The translations under genes and the position numbers were made by a program. The notes below the pieces were generated by a model. It did no database searches, was not told where the DNA came from, and saw only the letters and a program-made list of their open reading frames with translations. A DNA stretch of 64,000 nucleotides, taken from NCBI GenBank assembly GCA_963575745.1, contig CAUYUJ010000188.1, positions 1-64,000 on the forward strand. The letters run 5' to 3'. Source of the stretch: Prorocentrum cordatum. Its lineage: Eukaryota. This document shows, piece by piece, positions 1-12,667 of the stretch. How positions within the stretch are numbered: position 1 is the first letter of the stretch; each line of letters begins with the position of its first letter.

Positions 1-1544
1 TACCTACGCATCGCTCGCTTGTCGGCCTCGACCTGAAAAAGTAAATCGTGGTCGGTCGGCAGTCGGTCGATGTGCTCCTGGACGAAAGCCTCGTGTTCTG
101 CTCTCTCTGCTTTTCTATCGATGGGCCGCGCTCCTAGTCCCCCTTCCAAGGCTGGGTGGGCAAGCTCCTGATACCAGTAGTCGCGGGGCCAATGGGTACG
201 AGCTGATCGATAGTACCTTTTCTTTGGCCCGCGTCCGTTCCTCTGGTGCTGTATGCGTAGTCGGTGCATCTCGGCTAGGTTCCGGTTTTCGTAGGCCTCC
301 CATATGCGTTCGACCAGGAGCGCCCGTCTTTGTTTCTCTACACCTTCTCGAGCCTGCTTCAGCGCCGCTGTGACTTCTTTCAGCTCGATTTGTACCCTGT
401 CGTAGTCGTCGGCACACTGTTCTGGTGTGAGGCTCTGTCGCAGTGTTCGTCGCTGCCTGAGGAGCTCGAGTCGGTATTGCTTGGCTCGCTTCGTAAGCTG
501 GTCGAGTTCGTCGGGTGAGCCGTTTTTTCCGAAAGTCCTGAGCATGGCCGATCGTGCCGCTCCTCCCAAAAGGTCCCAGGTCTCGTCAGGCGTCGCCGCC
601 TCCAGTGCTCTCTCCCACTGCTTCCCGCCCACCTCCTCCACCTCCTTGTCGAGTTCGGTGAACAGCATCTCCCTCTTGTGGCCGCTGCGCAGGCATTCCA
701 TGAGTCCGTCCCTGCACAGCCCCCGTTGTAGGCGGGCGCGCGTGGGGAAGGAGGTGGTGGAAGTAGAGGCGAGGAGGGTGAGGCCGATGGGGAGGTGGCC
801 CCTGTGCCTTCGTACTTTTACCTTTTGGAGCCTTTTGCCTGACCGATGGAGGACCTCACACCTTTTTATGAGTCCCAGGGCCCCTGTAGGTACTACAATG
901 TGGTCGATACGACTGTTGTAACCTGAATGCCCGTAAAATGTGGGTTCAGCGATGTGGTAGGTGGTAGCAATACTGAGGTCGCTGGTCTGGCACAGGGTTC
1001 TGAGGCTCGTGCCGTTGGAGTTCTCTATTCTGGGTTCCCTGTCTCCTACCGTCGGTCCTCTACTTCGCACGATGGTCCCGTCGGTATCTCGCTGGCAACC
1101 AAAGTCGCTGTTCACATCCCCGCCCACGCACTGTTCCAACCATTTAGTTATCGCGTCTGCTAGTGGCACGTAGTACGAGAGGTGGGTGGGGGCGTAGTAG
1201 TAGACAAAGAGTGCGTAGTCGTATTGGCTAGTAGAGAGGCGAATTCCTGCAACCCGTCCCTGGAGGCTGGTTGGTGGTATGTAGGTCTCTCGTAAGCTGC
1301 GCTCGTCGATTCTCTGGCTGATGAGGATCGTTAAGCCACAGCTTTTGTTGATCCACTTCCCTTTGCGGGCACCGAATTGTAACACGTAGTGGTTAGGGAG
1401 GTAGTGTCTCTGTACTGCTTTTGCTCCCGCCCATCTACATGTGCCACTGAGGAGAATGACGTCCCAACTGTGTAGTTCAGCACTGATGTCCTCGAGTCGT
1501 TCGATGCTCGCTGCCTCCTGGGGGTTGTAGTAGCAGATTCTCAT
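1..1544 (-). mobile_element. Non-LTR retrotransposon (LINE) ORF: APE endonuclease domain plus linker, open from ATG 1544 to the window edge; RT presumably lies outside the window
   Basis: Manual translation gives 514 codons with no stop: MRICYYN...WDVILLSGT...VYYYAPT...GGDVNSD...ENSNGTSLRTLC...PTFYG..SRIDHI...RGHLPI. These are the ordered APE/EEP motifs of LINE ORF2. It is probably absent from the ORF track because it has no stop codon in the window. Confidence 0.9.
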
Positions 1545-2355
1545 GCCTAAGCGCACGGGCTCGCCATGCGGGCCCCCCAGTCCCCCCTGCCCCCGAGGCC
1601 TGCGGGTGTGGGCGCAGAATCGCTGATGTACTATTGTACGTGAGGTGCGGTCGAGGAGGAGGGAGGAGGAGGAGAGTAGGAGGAGGAGGAGGAGGAGGAG
1701 GGGGTGGGAGAGGGGAGGAGGAGGAGGAGGGGCTGAGCCCCCGGGGCCCGCGGCGCCGCTCGGGGCCTCCTCCGGGCCCCTTCGCGGCGGGCCAGGCCCA
1801 GCCATATCGCAGCGAGGCGCCCCGGCCGACGAGGGCGAGCGCGACAGGGAGCCTGCCCCCTCTCGGCCAGCCGTAAAACCCTCTCTTGTTGCGCAGGCAC
1901 CCCTGGAAGCAGAGGCCGGCCACACGCAAGCGCCACCCCAGGGGCCTTTGGGCGCGCGGCTGCGAGGGCCGCGGGGCTCGGGGGGGGGGGGGGGCAAGTC
2001 CCAGCGCGCGGCTGTGGGGGGGGGGGGGGGCGCGGGTGGGGTCAGCAGTGCTGGGGAGGGCCCTGTGGGCCCGCGCCAAGAAAGAAAGTCATTCCAGCGA
2101 AGGGCCACTCCTGCGCATGGCCGAAGAGCGTGCCGCTGGACTTGCCCCATCGGGCTTTGCCAGAGGTGCCCCTGGCCCAGGGCGTCCCCAGCGTGCCGCG
2201 CCAGTTTGGAGCCCCTGGGGCCCTCGGGGCCTCGCGAGGGGTGCTCTGGAAGCCGTCTGGGCCTCCCTGCAACTCATGTGGACGCCCTGGGCCAGAGCGA
2301 CCTCTGGCGACGCCCTGCCCCCCGGCGCTCACTGATTGATCCCATCCCTCCCCTC

Positions 2356-2413
2356 CAGGACGTTGGGGCTGGCGCTGCGCAGCACGATGGTGGCGATCTT
2401 CGAGTCCCGCGTC
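2356..2413 (-). CDS. CCT8: T-complex protein 1 subunit theta, exon H (R/TRDSKIATIVLRSASPNVL); the gene continues beyond the left edge
   Basis: Acceptor ggcag|G is phase-compatible with exon G. The peptide matches the CCT8 'STIVLRGST.N' motif. The 3' end is uncertain (GA donor at 2355 assumed). Confidence 0.85.
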
Positions 2414-3538
2414 CTGCCGGCGGCCGCCCCAGCCCCGCACGCGCGCGTGCATGTCCTGGCGCTGGTCTGAGCCAAAGCCTGCAGGCATCCCAAGTGGGGC
2501 CCGACAGATGGGGTCGGTGGCGGATCGCGCCGCATCGCCAATGCATCGGCGATATCGGCTATGCGTCGGCGCCGTCGGCCTGGAGAAAATCGGGCTCCAC
2601 ATCGAGCCGTATCGCCGATCATCGACGATGCGGCGCAATCCTTCGACCCCATCGAGTCGGTCCCCGTCTGGGAGGCCTGCGAAGGCTTCCCCAGAGGGTC
2701 CCCTTGCCCCACCATCTTCGAACGCCTGGTTTCTAACTTCGAGCCTGGCGTGCAACGCCTTTCGAACCATGCGGCTCGGAATTCCGGTCTGGCCGACCCA
2801 GGGGGGCTCAAAGTCTGAGCCCTGCGACCCTGTGCGTCAGACGGATGCTGCGAGGCTCACGTAGCTTGTGGCGAAGACCGGCAGCTCCCCACAGCCGCGC
2901 GCTTCGAGCACGCCGCCGCCGCGGGGTGGACGCTGGCAGCTCCCCAGAAGGATCATGGCTGCGAGCGCCAGTCGCGAGAGGCAAGAGCAGAGGCTGCGCC
3001 ACGAGAGACGCCTGGCCTCGGACCCACGCTTCGAGCCGACCCCGGAAGGCAGCCTCGCCTCACGCTCCGCCCCCGAGCCTCGGGCTGAAGGCTCGACCTG
3101 TTTCACACCTCGAACCAGGCTGCCTCCTCAGCGAGGGCACCGGCACCAGAGCCAGGGAGCTGGAACGCAGCTGCGCCTGGTCAATCTCGAGGTTGGCGCA
3201 CCCTCCCAGGCATCCGACGACATGGTTTCTCAGTGCGCGGCCACAGAAGTCCCGACCCCTTACCCAGGGGTAGCTTTTCGTCCCGAGCCCGTTGGTGATG
3301 GCCCCGGGGGCCCGATGACGGCCCCCTGGAGGCCGAGACGAAGGAAAGGCGCCAGGATTGAGAAAACAACACAAGCACCGCAGCAGCTCTGGGCGCGATT
3401 GCTCACATCGCCTCCCCCCGCCGTGCTCCGCGGCCGTCCTCCGCGCGCGGAGAGGGGATCCGACAAGCTCACCTGTGGCAACCACCTCCGCGCTTCACGC
3501 TCCGCGAAGCGCGAAGCACGACTATCTTCGCGCTTTCG

Positions 3539-3780
3539 TGATGGGCCTGTTTTCCACCACCACCACCACCATAAGTTGGAGGGGGAGGGGGTCCTCCTCC
3601 TCCTTCTCCCTTTTTTTTTTTCTTTCTTTCCCCTCCCCTCACATCTCTCCTTCCTCCTCCTCCTTTCCTCCTCCCTCCTTCTCCTCCTCCTCCTCATCCT
3701 ACTCTCTAACACCATCTCTCCTCCCCTCCTCAAACTTATCGTGGTGGTGGTGGTGGTGGTGGTGGAAAACAGGCCCATCA
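3539..3780. mobile_element. MITE family A (TIR TGATGGGCCTGTTTTCCACCACC..., microsatellite interior)
   Basis: Clear TIRs with a 5-bp TSD, TTTCG, on both sides. Confidence 0.85.
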
Positions 3781-5620
3781 TTTCGCCCCCCTCCCTTCCC
3801 CCCCCCCTCCCCGGAACAGGAGGAGGGACCCGCGCCTCGCTCGAAAATGGCCCAGCCCGCGCAGCGCGAAGCGCGACTCACTGCGCACCCCCGTGGCGGC
3901 CCCAGATCACAGTGGACATGTCGACCCCCGTCCCAGGCCTCGCTGGGCTTCCGAAGAAAAAAATGGGACCAACCCTGGGATATACGACGTGGGGGCGCCC
4001 ATCCTCGATAGGGGTGCGCCTGAATAGCCCCCTTGGGGCGTGTCCCAGGCTGCCCCCCTTTTGCTGAGCGGCCAGACTTTTCGGGCGGGAGTCGGGGATT
4101 GGGGGAGAAAAATCGCCTGCGACAAGAAGCACACGCCGGTGACAGGCCCCCACCCCCGCCGCAGGGGGGGGGGCAGCCAGCCCCTCGCCACGCGCTCCGC
4201 TCCGATCGGGCGCCGCCCGAGCTCGCCATCGCTCAGACGTCCCTTCCCCGCGCATGCTTCTGCGTCGCGCGCCGCGGTGGCGCCGCCGCCATCCCTCCCC
4301 TTCCCTCCCTCCTCGCGCGCCGCCATGGCGCCGCCGCGCTGCCGCTCCTGGCGTGCAGCTCAAGCTCCACCCACTCGGTGCCGCCCCGCCGCGGACGCTG
4401 CGCTTGGGCCGCGGCATCACACAGACGGTGCACCTGGTGGGCACAGCATCTTGCTGCTGGTTCGCCATTCGTCACTGCGCCCTGGCAGCGCCCGTGGGTG
4501 CGCCCTGGCCTCGGCCCTGGCTGCTGCCACGGTAACCGCTGCCTCGGTTGGCCGCTCTGGCCTGCTCGCTCGACGCGGAACTCTTTCACGTCTGAGCGCT
4601 TTCCCCTCCCCCTCCCTCCGCGCGGCCGCCCTCGTCTTCTTCCCCCCTCTTGCACGCCGGCCAAGTAACCTTTCGGTTGCCCCGAATAGCCACACGCTGG
4701 AGCGGACTGCCTCTGCCTCGCTGCCGAAGAACAAAGTTTCTGTTTCGCGCCCATATTGGTCGCAAGATGATCCACGATGTTCCTCGATGGTCCTCGCCGA
4801 GAAAAATGCTGACGTCCGAGCGATGCCGAGAAGAGGTGCGGCCCTGGCCGGCTCCCGCTCCCCCGGCGCTTCGGTGGATTGGATGCTCGCTCTGGGCTGC
4901 TGCGTCGAACGCCCGTCGACTTGAGGTGAGCTTGAATCGAGCTCGAGTCGAACTTGGGCGAACTTGAATCGAGCTCGAGTCGAGCCGGAGCCGAAATGGA
5001 GTCGAACAGATCCTGCAGGTGGGCCCCCAGGAGGTTCCCCAAAACGAGCGTCTGCAATCGAGGCTCGGGTGGCCCCCAAAGCACCCCATCACGAGGCCAG
5101 AGGGCCCCCGGGGCTCCATGATGGCCCCGGGGGCTCGTGTCGTTCGACACGTAGACCCCAAGTCCTCGATACCTGCCATTTTTGTCTTCGATCGTACCTC
5201 CATTGGCGAGTGCATCTTCCCCCCTGCCAAGCGTAGCTGGCGCAACCTTTCAAGCAGGACGAACAGAACGAATGGAAAAGGGAGGGAGCGAGGAGGATGA
5301 AGTTCCAAACTTGGCCGCGCTGCGTGTAGGCCCCGCCCCGCCATGCTCACCTCGGGCAGCGGCGGCAGGGGCTATGTGTGCTCAATTTCTGGACTGTCAC
5401 TGGGCTCCGACTAGGGACGGGACTGGCGCCTGGATATGAGGTCCGTGCCCACGTCAGCTTCGGGTGGGGCCGACGTGCTTTTTGGCGAGCCAGGCGGGGC
5501 GACACGACTGAGCTGTCGGGGTCCGCCGCGATGCCCACGATACTGCGGCTGGAGTTCGTCCCGCTGGTCACGTTTGCGCTGCTGGGCTCCACTTTTACGG
5601 CCGCGGCGACGAGGGCTCTT

Positions 5621-5792
5621 TCGGCGGTGGACAGACCTCCCTTTGGTAAACCTCCCCTTAGTGAAAACGGCCTGGGACCGAAACCGACGGACCTGGACCC
5701 GCAGGAAATGCCGACCGCGACGCCCTCTCGCGAACCGAAAACGGCCAATTCCTTAATCGACGTGTCAGGGAGGGAGGTCTATCCGCCTCCGA
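5621..5792. mobile_element. MITE family B (TIR TCGGCGGTGGACAGACCTCC)
   Basis: Imperfect TIRs with a 5-bp TSD, CTCTT. Copies at 62983-63137 (TSD GACTT) and about 46857-47023 (AACGA). Confidence 0.8.
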
Positions 5793-5969
5793 CTCTTCAG
5801 GACGAGCAGCGGTCGCGGGATCGACCCGCCTTCGGACGCGCCGGAACTCCGGCCGTGGCGACGAAGCATTTCCAGGATGTGCAGCGGTGCGTCCGTCTGT
5901 TCGGAACTCCTCCTCCTCCTCCTCCTCCTCCTCCTCCTCCTCCTCCTCCTCCTCCTCCTCCTCCTCGTG

Positions 5970-7469
5970 GAGGAAGAATCGACGTGGTGGTGATGTATAT
6001 TCTTGGGGCCCGCATGCTTACGACGCCCACCCCCGGAGGTCTGGACCCCTTCCACGGGACCAGCCTCTCATCCCAGGATTTCCAGGAGCAGCCTTTCGTC
6101 CGTCGATTCGGAGCTCTCCGGCTCCCCGAGGGTCCAGGCGCGGCGACGGGGGCTCTCCAGGCGCAGGCCCCCGCCTCCTCGTCCGTCGTTTCCTCGAACT
6201 CCACCTCCTCCTCGAACTCTCCACCCCTCCACCTCCACCACCTTGCCGTCGGAGCCCCTCTCCACCATTAACTCCGTGTCCTTCACTTCCTCCGTGATCT
6301 CCAGCTCCCTGACCTCCTCGACCTCCTCGTCAACGACCTCCCTCTGGACCTTCGCCTCCCCGAGGACTTCCTCGACCACCTCCTTGATGGCGGTCTCCCC
6401 CACCACCTCCTCAATCTTCATCTCGACGCACATCTCCTGCCCGCGGGACTCCTCCGCACTGTCGTGTTGCTGGAGTTCGTCGTGATGCTCGCGATGCTGT
6501 TGCTGGAATCCGTCATGCTGCTTGCGGTCGTGCTGATGGTGTCCGTCGCAATGTTCCCAATGCTGCTGCTGGAGTCCGTAACGCTGCTGACGACGATGGT
6601 GGTGCTGGAGACCGTCGCGCTGCTCGCGATCCTGTCGCTGGTGTCCGTCATGCTGCTCACGGTCGTGCTAATGGACTGCGTCACGCTGTTCCAGATGTTC
6701 CTAACGGAATCCGTCATGCTGCATGCTGCTGATGATGGCGGTGCTGGAGTCCGGCCTGCTCCCGCTGCTGCTGATGTAGTCCGTCGTGCCGCTCACGGTC
6801 AGCCAGTCAAGGTGACGACAAGCCGAAGCAGCCGTCGTCGCCCTGGGAGAGCACCGCGGCCCCCACCCAGCCATCCTGTGACCCCACGGCGGCCGCCGCC
6901 AGAGCCGGCTCTGCGGGCCAATGCCCGCGAGCGACCGCGCGGACCGCAGCGGCCACCGCAGCAGCGGCCGCACCGGCAGCCGCCGCGGCTGTCGCGTCCG
7001 CGGCCGCCGCCCCAGCCGCCGCGGAGACGGCGATAACCGTGGCGACCGCAGCAGCGGCGCCAGCAGCCGAGCCGGCACCCGCCGCAGCCGCGGCATCGGC
7101 AGCCGCTCGAGCGGCCGCGGCGGCGGCCGCCGCAGCCGCGCCGCGGGGGGCGAGGGGCCACAGGCCACGACGGGGCGCGCGACCGCCGGGCAGAGCGGCC
7201 AAGGCGAGGGCCGAGCCGGCCGCCGCGCCAGCAGCAACCGCCGGCGGCCAGCGGAGCACCCAGGCCGGGAGGGCCCTCGCCAATGGCGGCCAAGGCAGCA
7301 GCGGGTCGCGCGGCCGCCGCCCGTCGCTGGATGCGCCGCACGGCAGCCCGCCAGGAGACGGAGACATGGAACCGCGGGAGGGGCGCCAGGAGGAGGAAAC
7401 CCCGCCCAGCGCCCCTGAGGCCGGCCGAAGTCAAGGGAAGACTCCGGCACCCAACCCGCACAGGCTAAC
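5970..7469 (-). pseudogene. Decayed retro-copy or TE ORF downstream of the SL relic (Ala-rich, Ser/Thr-rich and Glu/Val-rich segments in shifting frames)
   Basis: Consecutive codon-structured low-complexity ORFs at 6807-7367, 6418-6717 and 6068-6433, separated by stops or frameshifts. The 3' limit is approximate. Confidence 0.4.
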
Positions 7470-7501
7470 CTTGAGCCGAACGGCTTGAGCCAGGCTGCGG
7501 T
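7470..7501 (-). other. Tandem relic dinoflagellate spliced leader (DinoSL)
   Basis: The minus strand reads ACCGCAGCC-TGGCTCAAG-CCGTTCGGCTCAAG. DinoSL is DCCGTAGCCATTTTGGCTCAAG, and the usual truncated second unit is CCATTTTGGCTCAAG. Confidence 0.7.
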
Positions 7502-7608
7502 GGGATTGAAAAACAGTTCGCCACTGGTAATGTGTATGCTGTAGTTTCCGACCTAAAACGCCCCAAAGATGCCGCCAAGAAGCCTTCAAGGGCCTCACAG
7601 GGCACACG

Positions 7609-8668
7609 TCTGTCTGTCTGTCTGTAGCCTTGCATCCTTGACGGGCGCGTGGGCAAAAACAACAAAAAGAAAACATCCAGCCTGAATGTGTCTACGTACA
7701 CAGGTAGAGGGTGATACAAAATATGCCCTGACTCGTATCGCTTACGGGGCTCACGTCTAAGATCTGGCAGGATTGGGCGTGCAACAGATCACGCGCAAGA
7801 CCGGGAGACACTTACAAAGCTGTGTGCCCCAAACTGTACACTGATGTCGCCCACTGCTGTCTCGGGCGCCCCCGGCGTCTGCGGCAGGCCCAATTCTTAG
7901 GTGCGCCGTCGGCATCGCACACTAATCGTTTGACTAGTGAGCCGTCGCTGTGCGAACCAATTTTCTTATACAAGAATTCTTGACAAAGGCTTGGAACATG
8001 CTCGATCTAGCACGTCGGCGTTCGAAACCCGGGAAAAATAAGAGGGTGCGATGTTCAGGATGTTCCGCAAGTTCTTGCAGTGAAAGGCGTCCAACCTGGC
8101 TTTGTCCTTTTGCAAGAGCCACAACGAGTCCAGCGAATACAACAGCTTGCTTAGCACACAACTGTAATACATGTGAACATTTCGCTTCTTTCCTATGGCA
8201 GAATGGTTTCTACACCATACATAAGGATTGACATGTAGAAGTGGCTTCTCCACGTCGTCGTGAAAGCTCGCTTCCCACACGCCCGTCATGAGCGATCAGT
8301 CCCCCCAGGTAAACAGCTTCGGTCACGATCTTGATCGCGAGCCCGTCGGGATCCCTGACGCATTGCTGTGTTGATATTTGAACTTGTACAGTCTTGTCCC
8401 AATTAAGCTCGAGGCCGTATTGTCGCCCTTCCCTCACGATGGCTCCCAGCATGCACTGTAGATTCTGCGAGCACGCAGAGATTAAGGCGGTGTCATCTGC
8501 GTACAATATGTCCCGGGTGACCACGTAAGCGGGCTCCGGCCGAAGATGAAGAGAGTCGTGCAACATAACAGATCGTACAATGACAAATAAATAAGGCGAT
8601 AAAGGACATCCTTGGGCAATACCAACTGCTTGGCGTCGCTCTGATGATTTTCCACAGTGTTCAATAAT
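7609..8668 (-). mobile_element. 5'-truncated, frameshifted RTE-like LINE (RT C-terminal half plus 3' UTR)
   Basis: GIAQGCPLSPYLF...LYADD (8492-8503)...GLELNWDKT...YLG...LLY....W...RRGRPRQQW. It ends in a (CAGA)n tail. A perfect 12-bp TSD, ACAGGGCACACG, sits at 7597-7608 and 8669-8680. Confidence 0.92.
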
Positions 8669-9194
8669 ACAGGGCACACGGGAGCCCCGAAAAAAGGCTC
8701 CCAGGAGGCTGCCCCCCCGAGGCCTCCAAGAGAGACCCTTAAGAAGCCCCGCAGCAGACGCGGAGGAACAAGGGAACAGGCCAGGCACAACCACACGCAT
8801 GCAGCACGCAGCACGGTGTTATGAGGGAAATCCTGGAGGCCTCGCGCGGCAACCTGAGACCCAATAGATCGAATACACGTCGGAATTACGTCGGGCTCAC
8901 GTCGGCTTGCATCGGATTTGCGTTGAGCTTACGTCGGAGCATCGCCACGAGAAACGTCATACCTTCTGGGGCAGACTAGATAATATGAATGCAACTGCTG
9001 CGCGCCGCGCGAGGCCTACAAGATTTTCCTCGTAGACGGCGGGCCGCAGCAAATAACGAAAGCGGACGCCGCACATCTCCTCCTCTGGGGGCCGGCGGAT
9101 TGGCGCGAACCGAACCGCTTGAGTGTGCATCAACAGCGTAGAGTATGGGAATGTATGACATCCCACGGCGGCACTGGCAGGGAGGCAGCGGCTC

Positions 9195-9232
9195 CTGAGG
9201 ATGGTCAGCTTCTGCGAGGCTATCTCTTCCAC
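9195..9232 (-). CDS. CCT8: CCT8 exon G, 38 nt (VEEIASQKLTIL/R)
   Basis: ccaag|GTG acceptor and CAG|GA donor. It bridges exons F and H in frame and with the expected spacing. Confidence 0.85.
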
Positions 9233-9345
9233 CTTGGCTGGAGGGCGGGGCGGGGTCAGCACAGCACTCGCTGGCCAGAGGCGGCCAGACCTTGCGTCTG
9301 AGCTGAAGGAGGAGGAGGAGGAGGAGAAGGAGGAGCAGGAGCAGC

Positions 9346-9431
<86 letters not shown>

Positions 9432-9454
9432 TACGACGACAACGGAGGCGGCGG

Positions 9455-9512
<58 letters not shown>

Positions 9513-11235
9513 AACGACGATGACCCCGACGTCGTGAATACAAATCCCGTCGACAAAAATCAAAACAAAGCCCATGAGTCATGGGCCTCGTTTTGATTTT
9601 TCCCATGCCATGGGCCATGACATTCCAGTGCCTGCGCGGGGCTCCACGCACTGCCCAGACTCCTCACCCCCCAAGGGGGCCGTGGTGCCCTTCGTGGTGC
9701 GCAGGGCTGGGCTGCTGGCGCCAGACGAGGAGCCCCGGCGGGGGGCTGAGCGGCCAAGCTGCTGCGCGCTGCAAGCTGCGCCGCTGGTCGCGCCGCTGGC
9801 GCCCCTCCTGCGCGTCGGCCGCGCTGGCCGGCCGCTGGCCGCCCTGGGAAGCGGCGGCCAAGGGCGCTGGACACGCCGAGGCGGCGGCGGAGCGCGCGCC
9901 TCGCTTGGCTGGACCGGAGGCGCCGGGCCCGCCGGGCTGCGGCTGCTGCGCGCGCGGCGCGCGGGGGCCGCGGGCGGGGGCGGCGCCGGCGGCGCGGCGG
10001 CACTGCGCTGCGAGCGGCGCCGGGCGCGGGCGACTGGCGCTGGAGAGGCCGCACCTCGCTGTGTCGGTGCTTGAAGCCCCTTTTTTCCTCCAGAAAATTC
10101 TAGGAAGTCCGAAGGAACACCAGGGCTCGCTGCCGAAAAGGTAACGGAACATGTTCAAACCAAAGGAACGACCGAGCCCCTTTTGAAAAGTAAGTGTTCC
10201 TTATTCAAGCCGGACCCTGTATGCCTAGTCTGTAAGCCCCGGCTGGCGCAACCCCTCAAAGAGCCGACGCTCCCACAAGAGTTCGAGCGGCGGGAGTTTG
10301 GCAGCTTTCGGCCTCCAGGGGCCCTCGCCGGGCCTCGGGAGCGTCAAAAGACGACTCGGGACGGAAACCGGCCCTGGGGAAGTGGTCCGGACCTCCAGGG
10401 CCCACGCATCGAAGCAGAGTGGAGCGGCCAGGTAGATGCCCGGGGCCTCCCCACTGGAGGCGGCCGCTGCTGGGCCGCCAGGCCCTCGTGCCGGTCGCTT
10501 GGCAGCGGCTGTTCCTGGGGGTCTGGTGCGAAGCACTGGGGGGGTGCACCGGCACAAATTCAAAGAGCGTCTAGACCGCGTTCCGCCGCGGAGGAGGAGG
10601 ACCATGGTACACCCAAGGCGCATCAAAGATGTTGGAATACAACCTCCCTCCAAGCTCCCTCTCTTCACAGGCCCCTTTACCCTTTACCAGGATTCATTTC
10701 CACTGAAAGAGTTGCCCCGTAGGGGGATTACCGTGTGACATCCCTGAAGCGTGCCAACACATATTCTCAGGACTTCCGCGACGCGAGTTAATCTGACTGG
10801 TATGTCTGGGGATCTGGAATCGTGCCAGAACATCCTTCCTGGGACTTCAACACGGCGAATCAGCGTAACTGTTGCGCCCTGACATTCTTGAATCGCTCCA
10901 AAACACCATTTCGATAATCAATCAAACTCTTGCGAACTTTTAAAACGAATGGGCGCGGCGCTCAGGCGAAAACCATATTTTGAAAACGAACCGCCCTCAA
11001 TCCGTGAAACTGTTGAAATTATTGGAAACGAATGCGCAAAGGGCGTAGGCGAGAGCCACACTGTGAAAACGACCCGCCCTCAATCCGCGAAGCCCTTACA
11101 ATTTGTTTGAAACGAATGTGCGCGGCGCTAAGGCGAGACCCACATTTTGCAAACCACCCACCCTCAATCCGTGAAACTCTTGCAATGTGTTTGACACGAG
11201 TGTGCGCGGCCCACATAAAACATAATAAGGTGTGT

Positions 11236-12359
11236 ATATATATATGAGAGAGAGAGAGAGAGAGCGTGATCCACCGCCGCTTTACTGTGGAAAATTGCCA
11301 ACCTTTTCCTCCGGAACCGCGGGGTCCCCCCCCCCTCCGAAAATCACCCCCCCCTGCTGGAACCCCTCCCCCCCCCCCCTCCCTCCCAGCAAAACCCCCC
11401 CTCCCCTAACCCCTCCCCCCCCCCCTCCCCCCTCGAAAACCGGGGGGGGTCACTACCGGTTCGAACCCCCCCCCCCCCCCCCCCCCCCTCCGGATCGGAA
11501 AAACCGGGGGGGTCACTGGAACCCCCCCCCCCCTTCTCGAAAACCGGAGGGGGGTCACTACCGGTTCGACCCCCCCCCCCCCCACGCACCGCCAGCAAAC
11601 GACTCCCGGTCCCTACCACCGCTCGCATCACATCCCCCACTGTTGTTCCCAGCACCACTGTCCTCACCACCACTGTCCCCACTGGTTCCACCACCGTCCC
11701 TATTGTCCCCACCAGTGCCCCCACCACTGTCGCACTGTCCCCACTGTTCCCAACTGTTCCCACCACGGTTCCACTCTCCCCACTGTCTCCACGGACCCAA
11801 CTACTGCCTATCCCCACTGTCCCCACTGTCCCACTGACTCCTCCGCTGTCCCACTGAGCTGTCCCACTGTTTCCACCACTGTCCCCACTGTCCCCACCAC
11901 TGTCCCCACTGTACCTCTGTCCCATTGTCCCACCGCCGTCCTCGCCACCGCCTTTACCAGTGTCCCCACCACCATTGTACCCTCCACTGTCCCAGTGTTT
12001 CCACCTCATTCCCACTGTCCCCACACCACTGTCCCCACCACCACCGTTCCCACCACTGTCCACTGTCCCCCCTGTTCCCACCATTGTCCCCACCACTGTC
12101 CCCACCACTACCGTCCCCACCACTGTCCCACTGTCCCACTGTCCCCACCACTGTCCCGCTGTCCCCTCACCACTGTCCCCACCAACACCGTCCCCACCAC
12201 TGTCCGCACCCCCACTCGGTTTTCGAGGGGGGGGGGGGGGGGGGGGGTTCGAACCGGTAGTGACCCCCCCCCCTTTTCATGATGAGCTGGGGGGGGGGGA
12301 GGGGTTCGAACCGGTAGTGACCCCCCACGGTTTTCCGCCAGCAGCGGTAGAACACGCTC

Positions 12360-12393
<34 letters not shown>
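11236..12393. mobile_element. Foldback-like element with modular inverted arms and a CACTGTCCC-rich minisatellite core, bounded by (TA)n
   Basis: GGGGTCACTACCGGTTCGAACCCC modules at 11446 and about 11550 are inverted at about 12244 and 12301. The outer arms read GAGCGTG.TC.ACCGC.GCT. Confidence 0.7.
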
Positions 12394-12397
<4 letters not shown>

Positions 12398-12667
12398 GCC
12401 AAAAACCAAAAACGCCCTCAATCCGCCAAGATCATTTTGGAAATGTGCTAAACGAATGTGCGCAGCGCTAATGCTAGAGCCGCATTGTGGAAGCGTGCCG
12501 CCCTCCATCTGTGAAGCTGTTGCCATTTGTTTAGGTGTCAGGATCATGAGTGGGGAGGCAGTCTCTAGCGAAACGCCCGGCCCACCCTTTCGACCGGCCT
12601 CGGGGTGCGACAGGGAGGAGGAGGAGGAGGAGGAGGAGGAGGAGGAGGAGGAGGAGGAGGAGGGGGA

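Noticed and set aside
1545..1655. HDV-like ribozyme in the LINE 5' UTR
   Set aside because: Small hairpins exist (CGCAUGG/CCGUGCG), but I could not build a convincing nested double pseudoknot by eye. It needs a descriptor or covariance-model search.
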